Shown: positions 19,730 through 29,410, counted from the first letter of the stretch. The stretch: 64,000 nucleotides of DNA from an uncultured Chloroflexia bacterium (GCA_963819655.1 CAWFXA010000003.1:448001-512000), one strand, 5' to 3'. Made by a program: numbers and translations. The notes: generated by a model not told the origin, from the letters alone.

Positions 19730-20755
19730 TCAGGGCCCTTCGAACCCGAGGATCCACGGCCCGGCCATTCGCGCGTTGCCGGCGAGCTCGTCGATCGTGA
19801 TCGACCAGGGCCCGCGTCCGTCGCCGAGCCCGCTGTCGGTGAACAGGGCAACCGTTCCGTCGCCGTTCAAGCTCGACACGACGAACCGCGCGGTCCGTCC
19901 GCCGTGCGAGATGCTCCCGATCGGTGACCACGGATCGTCCTTGGGCGCGCCCTCGATGCGGGCGTCGACGCGGATGATGTTCGACGCCGCGATCACCCGG
20001 GAGACGTGCACGGTGACGCCGTCCTTCTCGGCGCTGATATCGGGCATGATGGTCGTCCCGCCGTCGACATCGAGTTCGAACTCGTAGGTCCACGGCCCTG
20101 CATGCTCGTGCCACGGCCACCAGTCGTCGTCGTTCGCGGGCGGCATCGAGTCATCGCGGACCTGGATCGAAGGGATCACGACCTGGAACGTGCGCGGCCC
20201 CGACGGTAGCGGCAAGACCGGCGGGACCTTCCAGGCGACGTTCACCGCAGCGAACGGCCCGTCCGGGGTCGACGTCGCACCGAGGCCGCCGTACTCACCG
20301 TCCTCGTCGGTGACGATGACCCCCATCGCGCTGAGCTGCGTGATCCCCGGCCTGCGCTCCTCGTCGACGACCGAGATCGCGATGGCGAGGCGCGTCGCGT
20401 CGGCGTAGGCGCGGTCGAGGGTGACCCGGTAGCCGTCGACCGTCTGCGACAGGTCAAGGGCCTCACCTCGGTGCCATGGCAGGTCGAACGGCCCGGCCGC
20501 GAGCATGTATAGGGCCTGGAGGTTGCCGGTCGCACCACCGATCACGAGCGCGGCCGCAAGCAGGCCGATGATCGCCACCTTCCGCCCGGCCTCTCGGCGC
20601 GAGCGTCGGGATGCGCGGGGATCCCACGCCTGCAGTCGGTCATCGATGCGGCGGTCGAGCCGCTCCAGGACCCCCGGCGACGGCGTGGCGTCGAACAAGG
20701 CGAGCAGGTCGACCTCGAGCGGGTCAGTTAGCGGCCGGCGAAGGTCAGCGGTCAT
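19730..20755 (-). CDS. Putative anti-sigma factor (single TM, DUF4179-like extracellular part)
   Basis: Overlaps the ECF sigma gene; TM then SQTVDGYRVTLDRAYADATRL. Confidence 0.65.
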   Translation of the reverse strand: MTADLRRPLTDPLEVDLLALFDATPSPGVLERLDRRIDDRLQAWDPRASRRSRREAGRKVAIIGLLAAALVIGGATGNLQALYMLAAGPFDLPWHRGEALDLSQTVDGYRVTLDRAYADATRLAIAISVVDEERRPGITQLSAMGVIVTDEDGEYGGLGATSTPDGPFAAVNVAWKVPPVLPLPSGPRTFQVVIPSIQVRDDSMPPANDDDWWPWHEHAGPWTYEFELDVDGGTTIMPDISAEKDGVTVHVSRVIAASNIIRVDARIEGAPKDDPWSPIGSISHGGRTARFVVSSLNGDGTVALFTDSGLGDGRGPWSITIDELAGNARMAGPWILGFEGP

Positions 20756-21320
20756 GGCGATAGTCCTCCCGCAGCGTCGCGAGGGCGCGGCTGATGAGCT
20801 TCTGGGTGGCGTGTTCGGTCTTGCCGAGGGCCGCGCCGATCTCGCGGGCGGTCAACCCCGCCGCGTAACGGAGAGCGAGCGCGTCGCGCTGTAGGTCGGG
20901 CAGCTGATCGACGGCAGCGGCGAGGATCGCGAGTCGCTCTCGCTCGACGATAGCCGCCTCGGGACTCGGGGCGCCGGTCGCATCCGCAAGCTCTGTGTCG
21001 AACGGCACGGCTTGCGCTCGTCGACCGGCATCGATGGCGGCATTGCGGGCGATCCGGAGGAGCCATGCGAGCACGCCGCCGCCAGCCGGTCGATATCGCG
21101 GCATCGCGGCAAACGCGCGCTCGAAGGCGACTGCGGTCAGCTCGGCGGCTTCGTCCTCGGTCCGGGTCCTGGTTCGCAGGTAGCGGAACAGCGCCAGACG
21201 GTGACGCTCGTACAGGACGCCGAATGCGGCGGGATCGGTTCGAGCGGCCAAGGCAAGTTCGTCATCGCGGTCGAGCGATCTCGCATGCTGCTCTGTCGGG
21301 AGCGTGCCGGCGTCTTCCAT
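20745..21320 (-). CDS. ECF RNA polymerase sigma factor
   Basis: AFGVLYERH, WLLRIARNAAID, LPDLQRDALALRY..GLTAREIG. Confidence 0.92.
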   Translation of the reverse strand: MEDAGTLPTEQHARSLDRDDELALAARTDPAAFGVLYERHRLALFRYLRTRTRTEDEAAELTAVAFERAFAAMPRYRPAGGGVLAWLLRIARNAAIDAGRRAQAVPFDTELADATGAPSPEAAIVERERLAILAAAVDQLPDLQRDALALRYAAGLTAREIGAALGKTEHATQKLISRALATLREDYRHDR

Positions 21321-21544
21321 CGAAACCCCACCAGCGTCGAGTCATCTTGACCCGTCGCATCGATAACGCGCGGGCCGGCAAGACCGGACAAACAGGGTTA
21401 CCTGCGCACGACCTCGACGATCTGCTGGACCTGCGTGACACGGACAAGCTCGTGGGCGCCATCCGGTCGCCGTAGAAGTGGAGAGGTCGTTCGTAGCGGG
21501 CTCACCTCGTACGATGACGGGAAACGCAGAAGGTCTGGAGGATC

Positions 21545-22228
21545 ATGGGCGAGTTCGAAACGGTCGAGATCAGCGACACGACGACGAGGCAGTTCGAGGC
21601 CGGTGACGTCCAGCCCGGTTCGCCCGGCGTCGTGGTGCTCCATCCGTGGTGGGGCCTGAACGACGACGTCGTCGCGTACGCCGACCGGCTGGGCGAAGCC
21701 GGCTTCGCGGCGGTCGCCCCGGACCTGTTCGGCGGCCAGGTCGCGACGACGGTCGAGGACGCGGAGCGGCTTGCCGGAGCGGCCGACGAGGCGGCGATCG
21801 ATGCCATCGTCCTCGCAACGGTCGATGGCCTGGCGGAGCGTCTCGGTCCGACGTCGAAGCTCGCAGCACTCGGATTCTCATTCGGCGCCCACTGGGCGAT
21901 GTGGAGCCCGACCGAGCGGGACGGGGTCGTCGCGACCGTCCTGTATTACGGCACGACCGGCGGACCGGTCCTGACCGCCGCGGCGGTCCCCGTGCTGGGG
22001 CACTTTGCCGAGGATGATCCGTACGAGTCAGAGGAGGGCGTCGCGGCATTCGAGGAGAGCCTCCGGTCTGCGGGGCGCGACGTCGTGCTCCATCGATACC
22101 CGGGAACCGGACATTGGTTCGCTGAGCCGTCGCGCGACGCCTACCGACGCGAGGCCGCGGAGCTCGCGTTCGAGCGGACGGTCGACTTCCTTCGGCAGAA
22201 CCTGGAGTCGTCTCAACGCCCTGGCTGA
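21545..22228 (+). CDS. Dienelactone hydrolase family protein
   Basis: HPWWGLN, APDLFGG, GFSFG, YPGTGHWF. Confidence 0.9.
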   Translation: MGEFETVEISDTTTRQFEAGDVQPGSPGVVVLHPWWGLNDDVVAYADRLGEAGFAAVAPDLFGGQVATTVEDAERLAGAADEAAIDAIVLATVDGLAERLGPTSKLAALGFSFGAHWAMWSPTERDGVVATVLYYGTTGGPVLTAAAVPVLGHFAEDDPYESEEGVAAFEESLRSAGRDVVLHRYPGTGHWFAEPSRDAYRREAAELAFERTVDFLRQNLESSQRPG

Positions 22229-22305
22229 GGACACATCCCAAGGACATCTAGCTGCGTATGAGCATTTCGGGCTCGCTTATGCTTGCGAGGCCGACGGAGG
22301 TGGGT

Positions 22306-23016
22306 GTGACGCACGACGCGGTGCTCCGGACAGACCAGGGATTTCGCTTCTGTCCGCGCTGCGGTACCGCTCTCGTTGCGGGTCTGCCGTACTGCCCGAA
22401 ATGCGGCTTCAACGTCGCCGAGATCGGTGGCCCGCGCCAGCCCGAAACGTCCCTACCCGATGCCGGCGTCGATCCGTTCGACTGGAGCAACGAGACGGCA
22501 TCATCCGGGGCCGAGAAACCGGTCACGCCCTCCGTCCCTGCACCGCACCCGGTCGAGCCGGAGCCACCGCGGAGGTCGCGCGCGACGCCGATCGTCATCG
22601 GCGGGTTGGTCGTCGCGGCCGCACTCGTCGCATACGGCCTGTTCTCTCGGCCTCAAACCGGCGCAGGTCCTCCGGTCGGCCCGGGCGGGTCGCCGGTCTC
22701 GGGAGCATCGGTTGCTCCCGGCCTGGGATCGCCTGCTCCGAGCGCGCCGATCGTCGGCATCACCTTCGAGAGCCCCGAGGACGGTCAGGCTGTCGCGACC
22801 GGTGAGGTCACTGTGATCGGGATCGCACCGCCCGGTCTGACGATCACCCGCGACATCAGCTTCGGGCTGGATCAGCACACCACGGTCGACGGCACCGGGC
22901 ACTGGGCGATGGGCGTCCGACTGGAGCAGGGCGAGAACACCCTCGTGTTCCGCATCGGCGATGACCGCTCGACCGAGAGGAAGTTGACCGTCACGTTCGT
23001 GCCGCCGGCGCAGTAG
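22306..23016 (+). CDS. Zinc-ribbon / TM / Ig-like domain protein
   Basis: CPRCG...CPKCG, Pro-rich linker, TM, C-terminal beta domain (SPEDG...LEQGEN); GGAGG before GTG. Confidence 0.7.
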   Translation: MTHDAVLRTDQGFRFCPRCGTALVAGLPYCPKCGFNVAEIGGPRQPETSLPDAGVDPFDWSNETASSGAEKPVTPSVPAPHPVEPEPPRRSRATPIVIGGLVVAAALVAYGLFSRPQTGAGPPVGPGGSPVSGASVAPGLGSPAPSAPIVGITFESPEDGQAVATGEVTVIGIAPPGLTITRDISFGLDQHTTVDGTGHWAMGVRLEQGENTLVFRIGDDRSTERKLTVTFVPPAQ

Positions 23017-23157
23017 CGCGAGAAGCCTGGTACTCAAGTCCGGCCTCCGCATGGCCGGAACAAGTTCCGCTTCGGTCGTTGCGGTCTCAATGGTCCTATT
23101 GACTGGCCATCGGGCGTCCCCGATACCACGAGTCCTAGTGGCTCCGGGGGGAGACCA

Positions 23158-24960
23158 ATGGTTCAACGGACGAAGACGAAGAAGAACACGGGGCGGCCTC
23201 TGTTGCTGCCGCTCGTGTACGTGGCGACCCTCACGCTGATCGGCGTGAGCGGCGGGGCCCTGGCCATGCTCGGGTCTGAGCACGTCCGCACGACCGCCAT
23301 CACGACGACAATGGCCGGCGATCAGGCCGCGATCCGCGATCTTGTCGCCTCGAACCTGACCACGGCCGACCTGGAGCCGGCGACCATCGACCCCGTCCGC
23401 AGAGCCGCACTCGACCGGTCGCTCAACGATGTCGCCGAACGCCACGGATATCGCCGAGTCACCGTCGTCTCCCGCGACGGCTCGACGCTCGCCGGGGATC
23501 AGGCCCCACAGGCGCCGGCCGTGGAGCACGCTCGGGCGGTTGATAGCGGGCAGCCGACAGCCACGATCTCCGGCGCGGCCGCAGGCGTGCCGATCCTGAC
23601 CGAGACCATCCCGGTCGCCGTCGACGGGCGGGTCGAGCTCGTCGTCACGCTCCAGCGGGATGCGACACCCGTGATCGCCGCCGCCGAGAACGCATGGCGG
23701 GATCTCGTCCTCGTCACCGCGGGCGCGACCGTCGTCCTCGCGATCCTCCTCCGCGCGATCTTCAAGGCCGCTGGCGTCCGCCTGCTCCATCAGGCGTCGG
23801 CGTTGACCGAGGCCCGGCGTCGCGACAACCTCACGGGTCTGGTCAACCACCCTACCGCGGTCACTCGACTCGCTGAGATCCTCGCGAGCGCCAAGTCGGA
23901 TGGCGCGGCGGTGGGGATCGCCATGGTCGACATCGATAACTTCCGGCTCCTCAACGAGACGTACGGGTCGCACGCCGGTGACGAGGCACTCCTGCTCGTG
24001 GCACGGGCGCTCGAGTCCGAGTCCGAGCCGTGGCTGGAGCTCGCGCGGTTCGGACCGGACGAGTTCCTGGCGATAGCCCCGGCCGCCGTCGCGCGCGAAC
24101 TGCCGGCCGCCATGAAGCGAGTCCAGGAGGTGCTCGGCTCGGCGAGCCTCCAGTTCGACGACTCCGAACACCTGCCACTGACCGTCAGCGCGGGTGTCAC
24201 CTACTTCCCGTTCCACGCGACCGGGGTCAACGAGCTGCTGTCGGCCGCGACCATCGCCCTCGGCGAGGCCAAGGCGGGCGGCGGCAACCAGACGATCATC
24301 GCGGACGCCTGGATGTCCGAGCCCAAGAGTGCCCAGTCGACCTTCGACGTGCTGCAGGGTCTTGTGGTCACCATCGACCACAAGGATCGCTATACGAAGC
24401 GCCATTCCGAGGACGTCGCCTGCTATGCGCTGTTCCTCGCCGCCCGGCTCGGGATGGAGGAGTCGGAGCGGTCGGTGCTGCGGACGGCGGGTCTGCTCCA
24501 CGACATCGGGAAGATCGGGATCCCCGATGACATCCTGCGGAAGCCCGGCCGTTTGACGCCGTACGAGTACGAGATCGTCAAGCAGCATGTCGCGCTGGGA
24601 GACCTGATCGTCCGCGACCTGCCCGAGATCGAGCTCGTTCGCGCAGGTGTCCGCCACCATCACGAGCGGTGGGACGGCAACGGCTACCTCGACCGCCTGG
24701 CCGCGACGGATATCCCCCTAGTCGCGCGGGTCCTGGCGGTCGGCGACGCGTTCTCGGCAATGACGACGACGCGGCCATATCGCAAGGCGTTGTCGGTCGA
24801 GCAGGCGCTCGACGAGCTTCGCGCGGCGGCGGGCACGCAGCTGGACCCGGAGTTGGTCGCCGCCTTCGTCGAGGGCATGGAGCACGATCCGGACGCGCCG
24901 CTGCCCGGCGCCGATCGGGACGGGACGAACTTGTGGACACCGACGGTCCGCGCGGCGTGA
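23158..24960 (+). CDS. Membrane GGDEF + HD-GYP c-di-GMP protein
   Basis: DNLTGL, DIDNF..LNETYGSHAGD, RFGPDEF; HDIGKIG, HHHERWDGNGYL. Confidence 0.92.
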   Translation: MVQRTKTKKNTGRPLLLPLVYVATLTLIGVSGGALAMLGSEHVRTTAITTTMAGDQAAIRDLVASNLTTADLEPATIDPVRRAALDRSLNDVAERHGYRRVTVVSRDGSTLAGDQAPQAPAVEHARAVDSGQPTATISGAAAGVPILTETIPVAVDGRVELVVTLQRDATPVIAAAENAWRDLVLVTAGATVVLAILLRAIFKAAGVRLLHQASALTEARRRDNLTGLVNHPTAVTRLAEILASAKSDGAAVGIAMVDIDNFRLLNETYGSHAGDEALLLVARALESESEPWLELARFGPDEFLAIAPAAVARELPAAMKRVQEVLGSASLQFDDSEHLPLTVSAGVTYFPFHATGVNELLSAATIALGEAKAGGGNQTIIADAWMSEPKSAQSTFDVLQGLVVTIDHKDRYTKRHSEDVACYALFLAARLGMEESERSVLRTAGLLHDIGKIGIPDDILRKPGRLTPYEYEIVKQHVALGDLIVRDLPEIELVRAGVRHHHERWDGNGYLDRLAATDIPLVARVLAVGDAFSAMTTTRPYRKALSVEQALDELRAAAGTQLDPELVAAFVEGMEHDPDAPLPGADRDGTNLWTPTVRAA

Positions 24961-25643
24961 CCCGGCGGCAGGCGCGGCGCCCCCGTCACGGCACGTCAAT
25001 CGCCTTGGCGACGACGCTCCTTGGGTCGCTGCTGGTCCTCGCCCGGCCTGTCGCTGGCGCCGACCCGCTGCCGGTGCCCTTGCCGAGTCTGCCCGTGACC
25101 TTGCCGACCCCGCCGGTCCCGTTGCCGACGCTGCCGCCGTTGCCGCTCCCCACCGTGCGGCCCCCGACGCTGCCGCCGCTCCCGACTTTGCCCCCCTTGC
25201 CCACACTCCCGCCTCCGCCGTCACTACCCGTCCCGACTCCAACCCTCCCGCCGCCTCCGACCCTTCCGGTCCCCACTCCGACGATCTCGATTCCAACGCC
25301 GAGCCTGCCGCTCCCCACCATCGTCCCTCCGTCGGCGTCGACGGGTGCATCTGCAGCGCCCATCGGCGCCGGGCCCGCCAGCTCCGTCACGCCATCGGGG
25401 CTGGGACCAGGCGGCAGCCCAGTCGGTGCGTCGGGGGCAGCGGGGGTGCCGGCCTCGGACGCCCCCAGTCGGGTCGTCTCGACGACACCGGGCGGAGTGA
25501 CCTCACCCTTCGACACGTTCGTGCTACCGGGGCTGCTCGTCGGCGTTCCGGCCATCCTCCTGTTGGGGATCCTGGCCGCCCAGGCAGCCGTCGGTGCGGC
25601 CTGGCTGCCGGTCATCCGGCGCTGGCTCAACCGCCGAGTCTGA
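24957..25643 (+). CDS. Proline-rich protein with signal peptide and C-terminal TM
   Basis: GTGA overlap with the GGDEF gene; many PTLPP/PVPTP repeats; TM plus basic tail. Confidence 0.7.
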   Translation: MTRRQARRPRHGTSIALATTLLGSLLVLARPVAGADPLPVPLPSLPVTLPTPPVPLPTLPPLPLPTVRPPTLPPLPTLPPLPTLPPPPSLPVPTPTLPPPPTLPVPTPTISIPTPSLPLPTIVPPSASTGASAAPIGAGPASSVTPSGLGPGGSPVGASGAAGVPASDAPSRVVSTTPGGVTSPFDTFVLPGLLVGVPAILLLGILAAQAAVGAAWLPVIRRWLNRRV

Positions 25644-25685
25644 GCGCCGGGTCGGGAGGCAGATGCCATCCGACCCGGCGTCCTG

Positions 25686-26681
25686 TCAGGGTTCGATCTG
25701 GATGGAGTCCACGATCCCCTGGAGTTGGGCTTGGATTTGTGGCGTCGTGCCGGGGAAGCTGTCGCCCCTCACAACCACCCGGACCCCGTCCACATCAAGG
25801 ACCCAGATGCGCCACAGAGCGTTCGGCCCCTGGGCGTAGACCCCGGGCTCCCACACGAAGTAGTAGTTGCAGAGAGGAGCCGGTGACCCGGTCGAGGGAG
25901 GCCGTCCCAGCTCGTCGGTGGTGGTGTTCGCGGGTGCTCGGAGCTCCAGGTACTGCCCGGAGTATCCGCCAAGGGTGACGTCGACGGGACTGGTCACGTC
26001 GAGGTCAGGGTGATCCACGAGCGCGGTCACGAACTCGTCGACGGTCGTACCGGTCGGGATGTTCGGTCCGGTCGGGGCGTCCGGTCCGGATCCCCCACAG
26101 ACCTGCGAGACGGTGTACAACCAGCCGCCACGACCGAAGAGCAAACCCGCTCCGTCGGGTGGCGAGTAGCGCTCGACGGAGGGAATGATGGAGTATTCGA
26201 GCCCTGCCCAGCCGTCCGGTACGGTGAGCGTGATGCGGATCGAGTCGTCCTCCGCGCCCGCTTCCGTGCAGCCAGCCTGCCCCATGCACAGACCCCCGGG
26301 GCCCACGAATGGCTGGATCGTGTGGCTGCCCGCCGGTAGTGGGCCGATCGGAAACAACGCCGGAGATGGCGCTGGGGATGGCGACGGGATCGAGCTTGGC
26401 GTTGGCGACAGGGTCGGGCTTGCGCCGGGGACGCCGACACCTTCGCTCCTCGGCAGAAGGTTGATCCCCACGATCGCGACGACCACGAGGGCCGCCGCGG
26501 CGATCGCGAGTTTCAGGGCGCTGTTCATCTCTCTCAACCTCCACGCCGGCCACGAGGCACGGCGCTGTGAGGTCGCGGGGAGCTGGTCGAGCACGCTGTC
26601 CAGGACGCGGTCCGGCAGCGCGGTCGCGCCATCCTCCAACCACGACCGAACGATGCGGGTGACGTCGCGATCGGTGCTCAC
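25686..26681 (-). CDS. Putative anti-sigma factor (TM plus extracellular domain)
   Basis: Overlaps the ECF sigma gene; VRSWLEDG...PDRVLD N-terminus, TM, Pro/Ser linker. Confidence 0.65.
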   Translation of the reverse strand: MSTDRDVTRIVRSWLEDGATALPDRVLDSVLDQLPATSQRRASWPAWRLREMNSALKLAIAAAALVVVAIVGINLLPRSEGVGVPGASPTLSPTPSSIPSPSPAPSPALFPIGPLPAGSHTIQPFVGPGGLCMGQAGCTEAGAEDDSIRITLTVPDGWAGLEYSIIPSVERYSPPDGAGLLFGRGGWLYTVSQVCGGSGPDAPTGPNIPTGTTVDEFVTALVDHPDLDVTSPVDVTLGGYSGQYLELRAPANTTTDELGRPPSTGSPAPLCNYYFVWEPGVYAQGPNALWRIWVLDVDGVRVVVRGDSFPGTTPQIQAQLQGIVDSIQIEP

Positions 26682-27226
26682 TTGGCAACCTCCCGCGTGC
26701 CGGGCCTGGCGTCTGCCTCGAGGGCAGCACGCAGGCCGCGCATCGCGTGATGCAATCGGGATCGGACCGTCCCGACAGGGACGCCGAGGGTCTCGGCGAC
26801 CTCGTCGAGCGGCAGGTCGAGGTAGTGGTGGAGCACCACCACCGCACGATGGTCGATGGAGAGGCGCCGGAAGCCGCGCTCGAGCTGGTCGCGATCGACG
26901 ACCGAGCTCAGGCCCTCACTCGCTCCGGTCGAATCGGCCGGGATGAGACGGACATTCGAAGCGGACCGGCGCTCCCGGCTTCCCTCGGCGTAGCAGGCGC
27001 GCACGAGGAGCCGGTACGACCAGGCGTCAAAGCGCGCCGGGTCGCGGAGCTGCGGAAGGTCCCGCCAGATGCTCAGCAGCGCCTGCTGCGTCGCATCCTC
27101 GGCGAGGTCGGTGTCGCGCAGGATCCTGTGCGCCACCGCGTGGAGTCGGTCGCCCGCTGCGACGGCGAGGCTCGCGAAGGCCTCCTCGTCACCGCGCTGC
27201 GCCCGTCCGATCAGATCGGCATCCAC
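26678..27226 (-). CDS. ECF RNA polymerase sigma factor
   Basis: AEDATQQALL..W, AWSYRLL, VAETLGVPVGTVRSRLH. Confidence 0.93.
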   Translation of the reverse strand: MDADLIGRAQRGDEEAFASLAVAAGDRLHAVAHRILRDTDLAEDATQQALLSIWRDLPQLRDPARFDAWSYRLLVRACYAEGSRERRSASNVRLIPADSTGASEGLSSVVDRDQLERGFRRLSIDHRAVVVLHHYLDLPLDEVAETLGVPVGTVRSRLHHAMRGLRAALEADARPGTREVAK

Positions 27227-27354
27227 GTGTCACTTCCGCCGTTTCGGCACCCGACTTCGCCGGGCGTCTCATACGGTATGGGCCGAGTCGAGCGCAGGGC
27301 GACTCACTCTTTGTCGGCCAGCGGAGGCGGGTGGCCGTCCGCGATACTCGCGGC

Positions 27355-27776
27355 ATGAAGTTGTATTTCGCCGGCCCGTTGTTCACCACGCCCGAACGCC
27401 AATGGAATGCGGAGGTCACCGCGGCCTTGCGCGCGGCCGGGCACGAGATCTTCCTGCCCCAGGAACAGGAGCCGGGGAAGGACGGACCGGGCATCTTCGC
27501 CACCGATGTGGGCGGCATCGACTGGGCCGACGGGCTCGTCGCGATCATGGACGGCCCCGACCCCGACTCCGGGACAGCTGGGAAGTGGGCTACGCCTACC
27601 GCAAGAAGCCGATCGTGCTCGTCCGGACCGATTCCCGGGCCATGGAGGGCCACGCCGGCGAATACAACCCGATGCTGACCCAGGCGGCGACCATCCGCCT
27701 CGACCTGCCGGCTGCCTCGACCACCGAGGTGGTGGGGGCCGTGCTGGAGGCGCTGGAGCGGATCCGGGCCGCCTAG
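27355..27776 (+). pseudogene. Nucleoside 2-deoxyribosyltransferase-like gene with a 1-bp frameshift at ~27577
   Basis: YFAGPLF...DGPDPDSGT continues as WEVGYAY..KPIV in another frame; may be a sequencing error. Confidence 0.8.
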
Positions 27777-27824
27777 CGATCCGACGCAGTCGGTGCTCGC
27801 GGCGACGGAGCCGCCAGCGCCCCT

Positions 27825-28015
27825 CCGACCATGAAATACGCGGATGGGAGCGTCCTTAGGTCCGGTCAGGACCGGTTCGACCTCGCTCGGGACGGCCTCG
27901 ACCGGCCATAAGGCCGCCGTCGGTGGGCGATGTGCATGGTCGGGCGCGATCCAGCAGCCGACGCCGACCGGCCGCTCGACATTATGTCGCTGTGGTACGC
28001 GTACTTCATGGTCGG
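27825..28015. repeat. 191-bp element with terminal inverted repeats (copy 2)
   Basis: ccgaccatgaaatacgcg ... cgcgtacttcatggtcgg (17/18 complementary). Confidence 0.7.
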
Positions 28016-28165
28016 GCTGGATCTGGGGGCTGGCCAGAGGTCGGGCGCGGATCCGGACGTGGCTGGGCCGGGGTCGGGCTGCATCTGGGGGCTGGCCAAG
28101 GTCGGGCGCGGATCTGGGGACGTGGCTGGGCCGGGGTCCGGCTGGATCTGGGGCTGGCCGGGGTC
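28010..28165 (+). repeat. ~62-63-bp G-rich tandem repeat, ~2.5 copies
   Basis: Units beginning ggtc(g/c)ggctg(g/c)atctgggg start at 28010, 28072 and 28135. Confidence 0.8.
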
Positions 28166-28202
28166 AGGCCTCGGACGGGGACCGGCGGACGCGGTTCCTG
28201 TG

Positions 28203-28673
28203 TCAGCTGCTCCGCTGCTCCAGCACGGCGCTCAGCTGCGGGTCGTGCTCGCGCTTGTGGCCGTACATCTGGTAGACGACCAGGTCGTTGAGCGAGTACT
28301 CGGGCCCGTACCACGCGATCGTGCCGACCTCACGCCAGACCTCGGGCGCGATCGCCGACGCGTGACGCATGACCCGCTCGTGCGCATCGAGGAACTCGCT
28401 CATGACCTGCTCGATCGGCCAGTCCTTGCGGATCGCCGCCTGATCGTCGTTGAACGTCCGCGGATCGGCTGACATCAGGTCGCTCTCGGGCTCCTCGCCG
28501 GCGAAACCTGCCACCACATCCGCGAACCTGACCTCGAATGCCCCGAGATGACCGAGCAGGTCCTTGGCGGTCCAGACGCCGAGCGCGATCCGACCCCAGT
28601 CGTCCGATCCGTATCGATCGACCGTCGATCGGACCGTGCGCTGCCCGTACATCAGCACGTCGAGGGTGTTCAT
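28203..28673 (-). CDS. DinB/maleylpyruvate isomerase-like protein
   Basis: WTAKDLLGHL...H..EH DinB-type His pattern. Confidence 0.8.
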   Translation of the reverse strand: MNTLDVLMYGQRTVRSTVDRYGSDDWGRIALGVWTAKDLLGHLGAFEVRFADVVAGFAGEEPESDLMSADPRTFNDDQAAIRKDWPIEQVMSEFLDAHERVMRHASAIAPEVWREVGTIAWYGPEYSLNDLVVYQMYGHKREHDPQLSAVLEQRSS

Positions 28674-28721
28674 TCGCTGTCCATGATGCCGGACGGGCGT
28701 GAGCCACGTACCATCGATGCC

Positions 28722-28940
28722 ATGGTCGGCGACCGCGATCGACTCGAGACCGCGCTGCGCATGCTGACGAAAGCCCGTCTTATGTCGATGCACGTCCCCG
28801 GTTTCGCAGTCGGCCGTTGGTGTGACGCGTGGGAGGCCGAAGCCGAACGGCGCGGTCTCGAGCCCAGCGCAGACTCATGGGAAGACGGGATCCGCTGGAT
28901 CGTCAGCAAGGTTGCCGCCGGCGAGCAGCCACCCGACTGA
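28722..28940 (+). CDS. Small Trp-rich hypothetical protein
   Basis: WCDAWEAEAERRGL...W.DGIRWI; TACCAT 7 nt upstream; similar to the ORF at 47282. Confidence 0.6.
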   Translation: MVGDRDRLETALRMLTKARLMSMHVPGFAVGRWCDAWEAEAERRGLEPSADSWEDGIRWIVSKVAAGEQPPD

Positions 28941-28954
28941 CTGTCATCCGCCAG

Positions 28955-29410
28955 CTATCCGATGTGCAGGCGGCCCGTATAGACGTCGGTGACCCCGGTT
29001 CCGTCGGGGCGCGCCGTCCCAACCAGTTGCCCGCCGCCGTGCAGCCCGGCGTGCTCGCCCGTCCCCTGACCCGCTGCGAAACCGCCGACAGTGCCCGGCG
29101 ACGTCCGTGACGTGGCCGCGTTGACCAACAGCTTGAACGTCCCGCTGCCGTCGGCACAGGTCAGCGTCTTGACGACATGGAACGTCAGCACACCTCCACC
29201 GCGCCGACCGCCACCGGCAACGATCGTGGGGCCGGACACCGCGGTTCCCGAGTCGCAGACGACGTCGCCTGTCGCCCGGAAGAGCTCCGGTCCACCGAAC
29301 GTCACGTCGATCGTGATGGTGGTCACGGGCGGGGGCGCCGCGAGGGCGGTCGGCGCCCAAAACATGCTGCCGATGAGCCCCACGGCGATGCCGAGTCTGC
29401 GTACGCGCAT
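28955..29410 (-). CDS. Secreted hypothetical beta protein
   Basis: Signal peptide (ALA-A), two Cys, GTGEHAGLHGGG; GGAGG SD. Confidence 0.7.
   Translation of the reverse strand: MRVRRLGIAVGLIGSMFWAPTALAAPPPVTTITIDVTFGGPELFRATGDVVCDSGTAVSGPTIVAGGGRRGGGVLTFHVVKTLTCADGSGTFKLLVNAATSRTSPGTVGGFAAGQGTGEHAGLHGGGQLVGTARPDGTGVTDVYTGRLHIG

Noticed and set aside
22501-24663. Long antisense/alternate-frame ORFs (this 720-aa one, also 37756-39771, 55996-57696 and others)
   Set aside because: Shadows of real genes in GC-rich DNA; no recognisable motifs.
28010-28165. CRISPR interpretation of the ~62-bp periodic repeat
   Set aside because: The whole unit repeats; there are no unique spacers.
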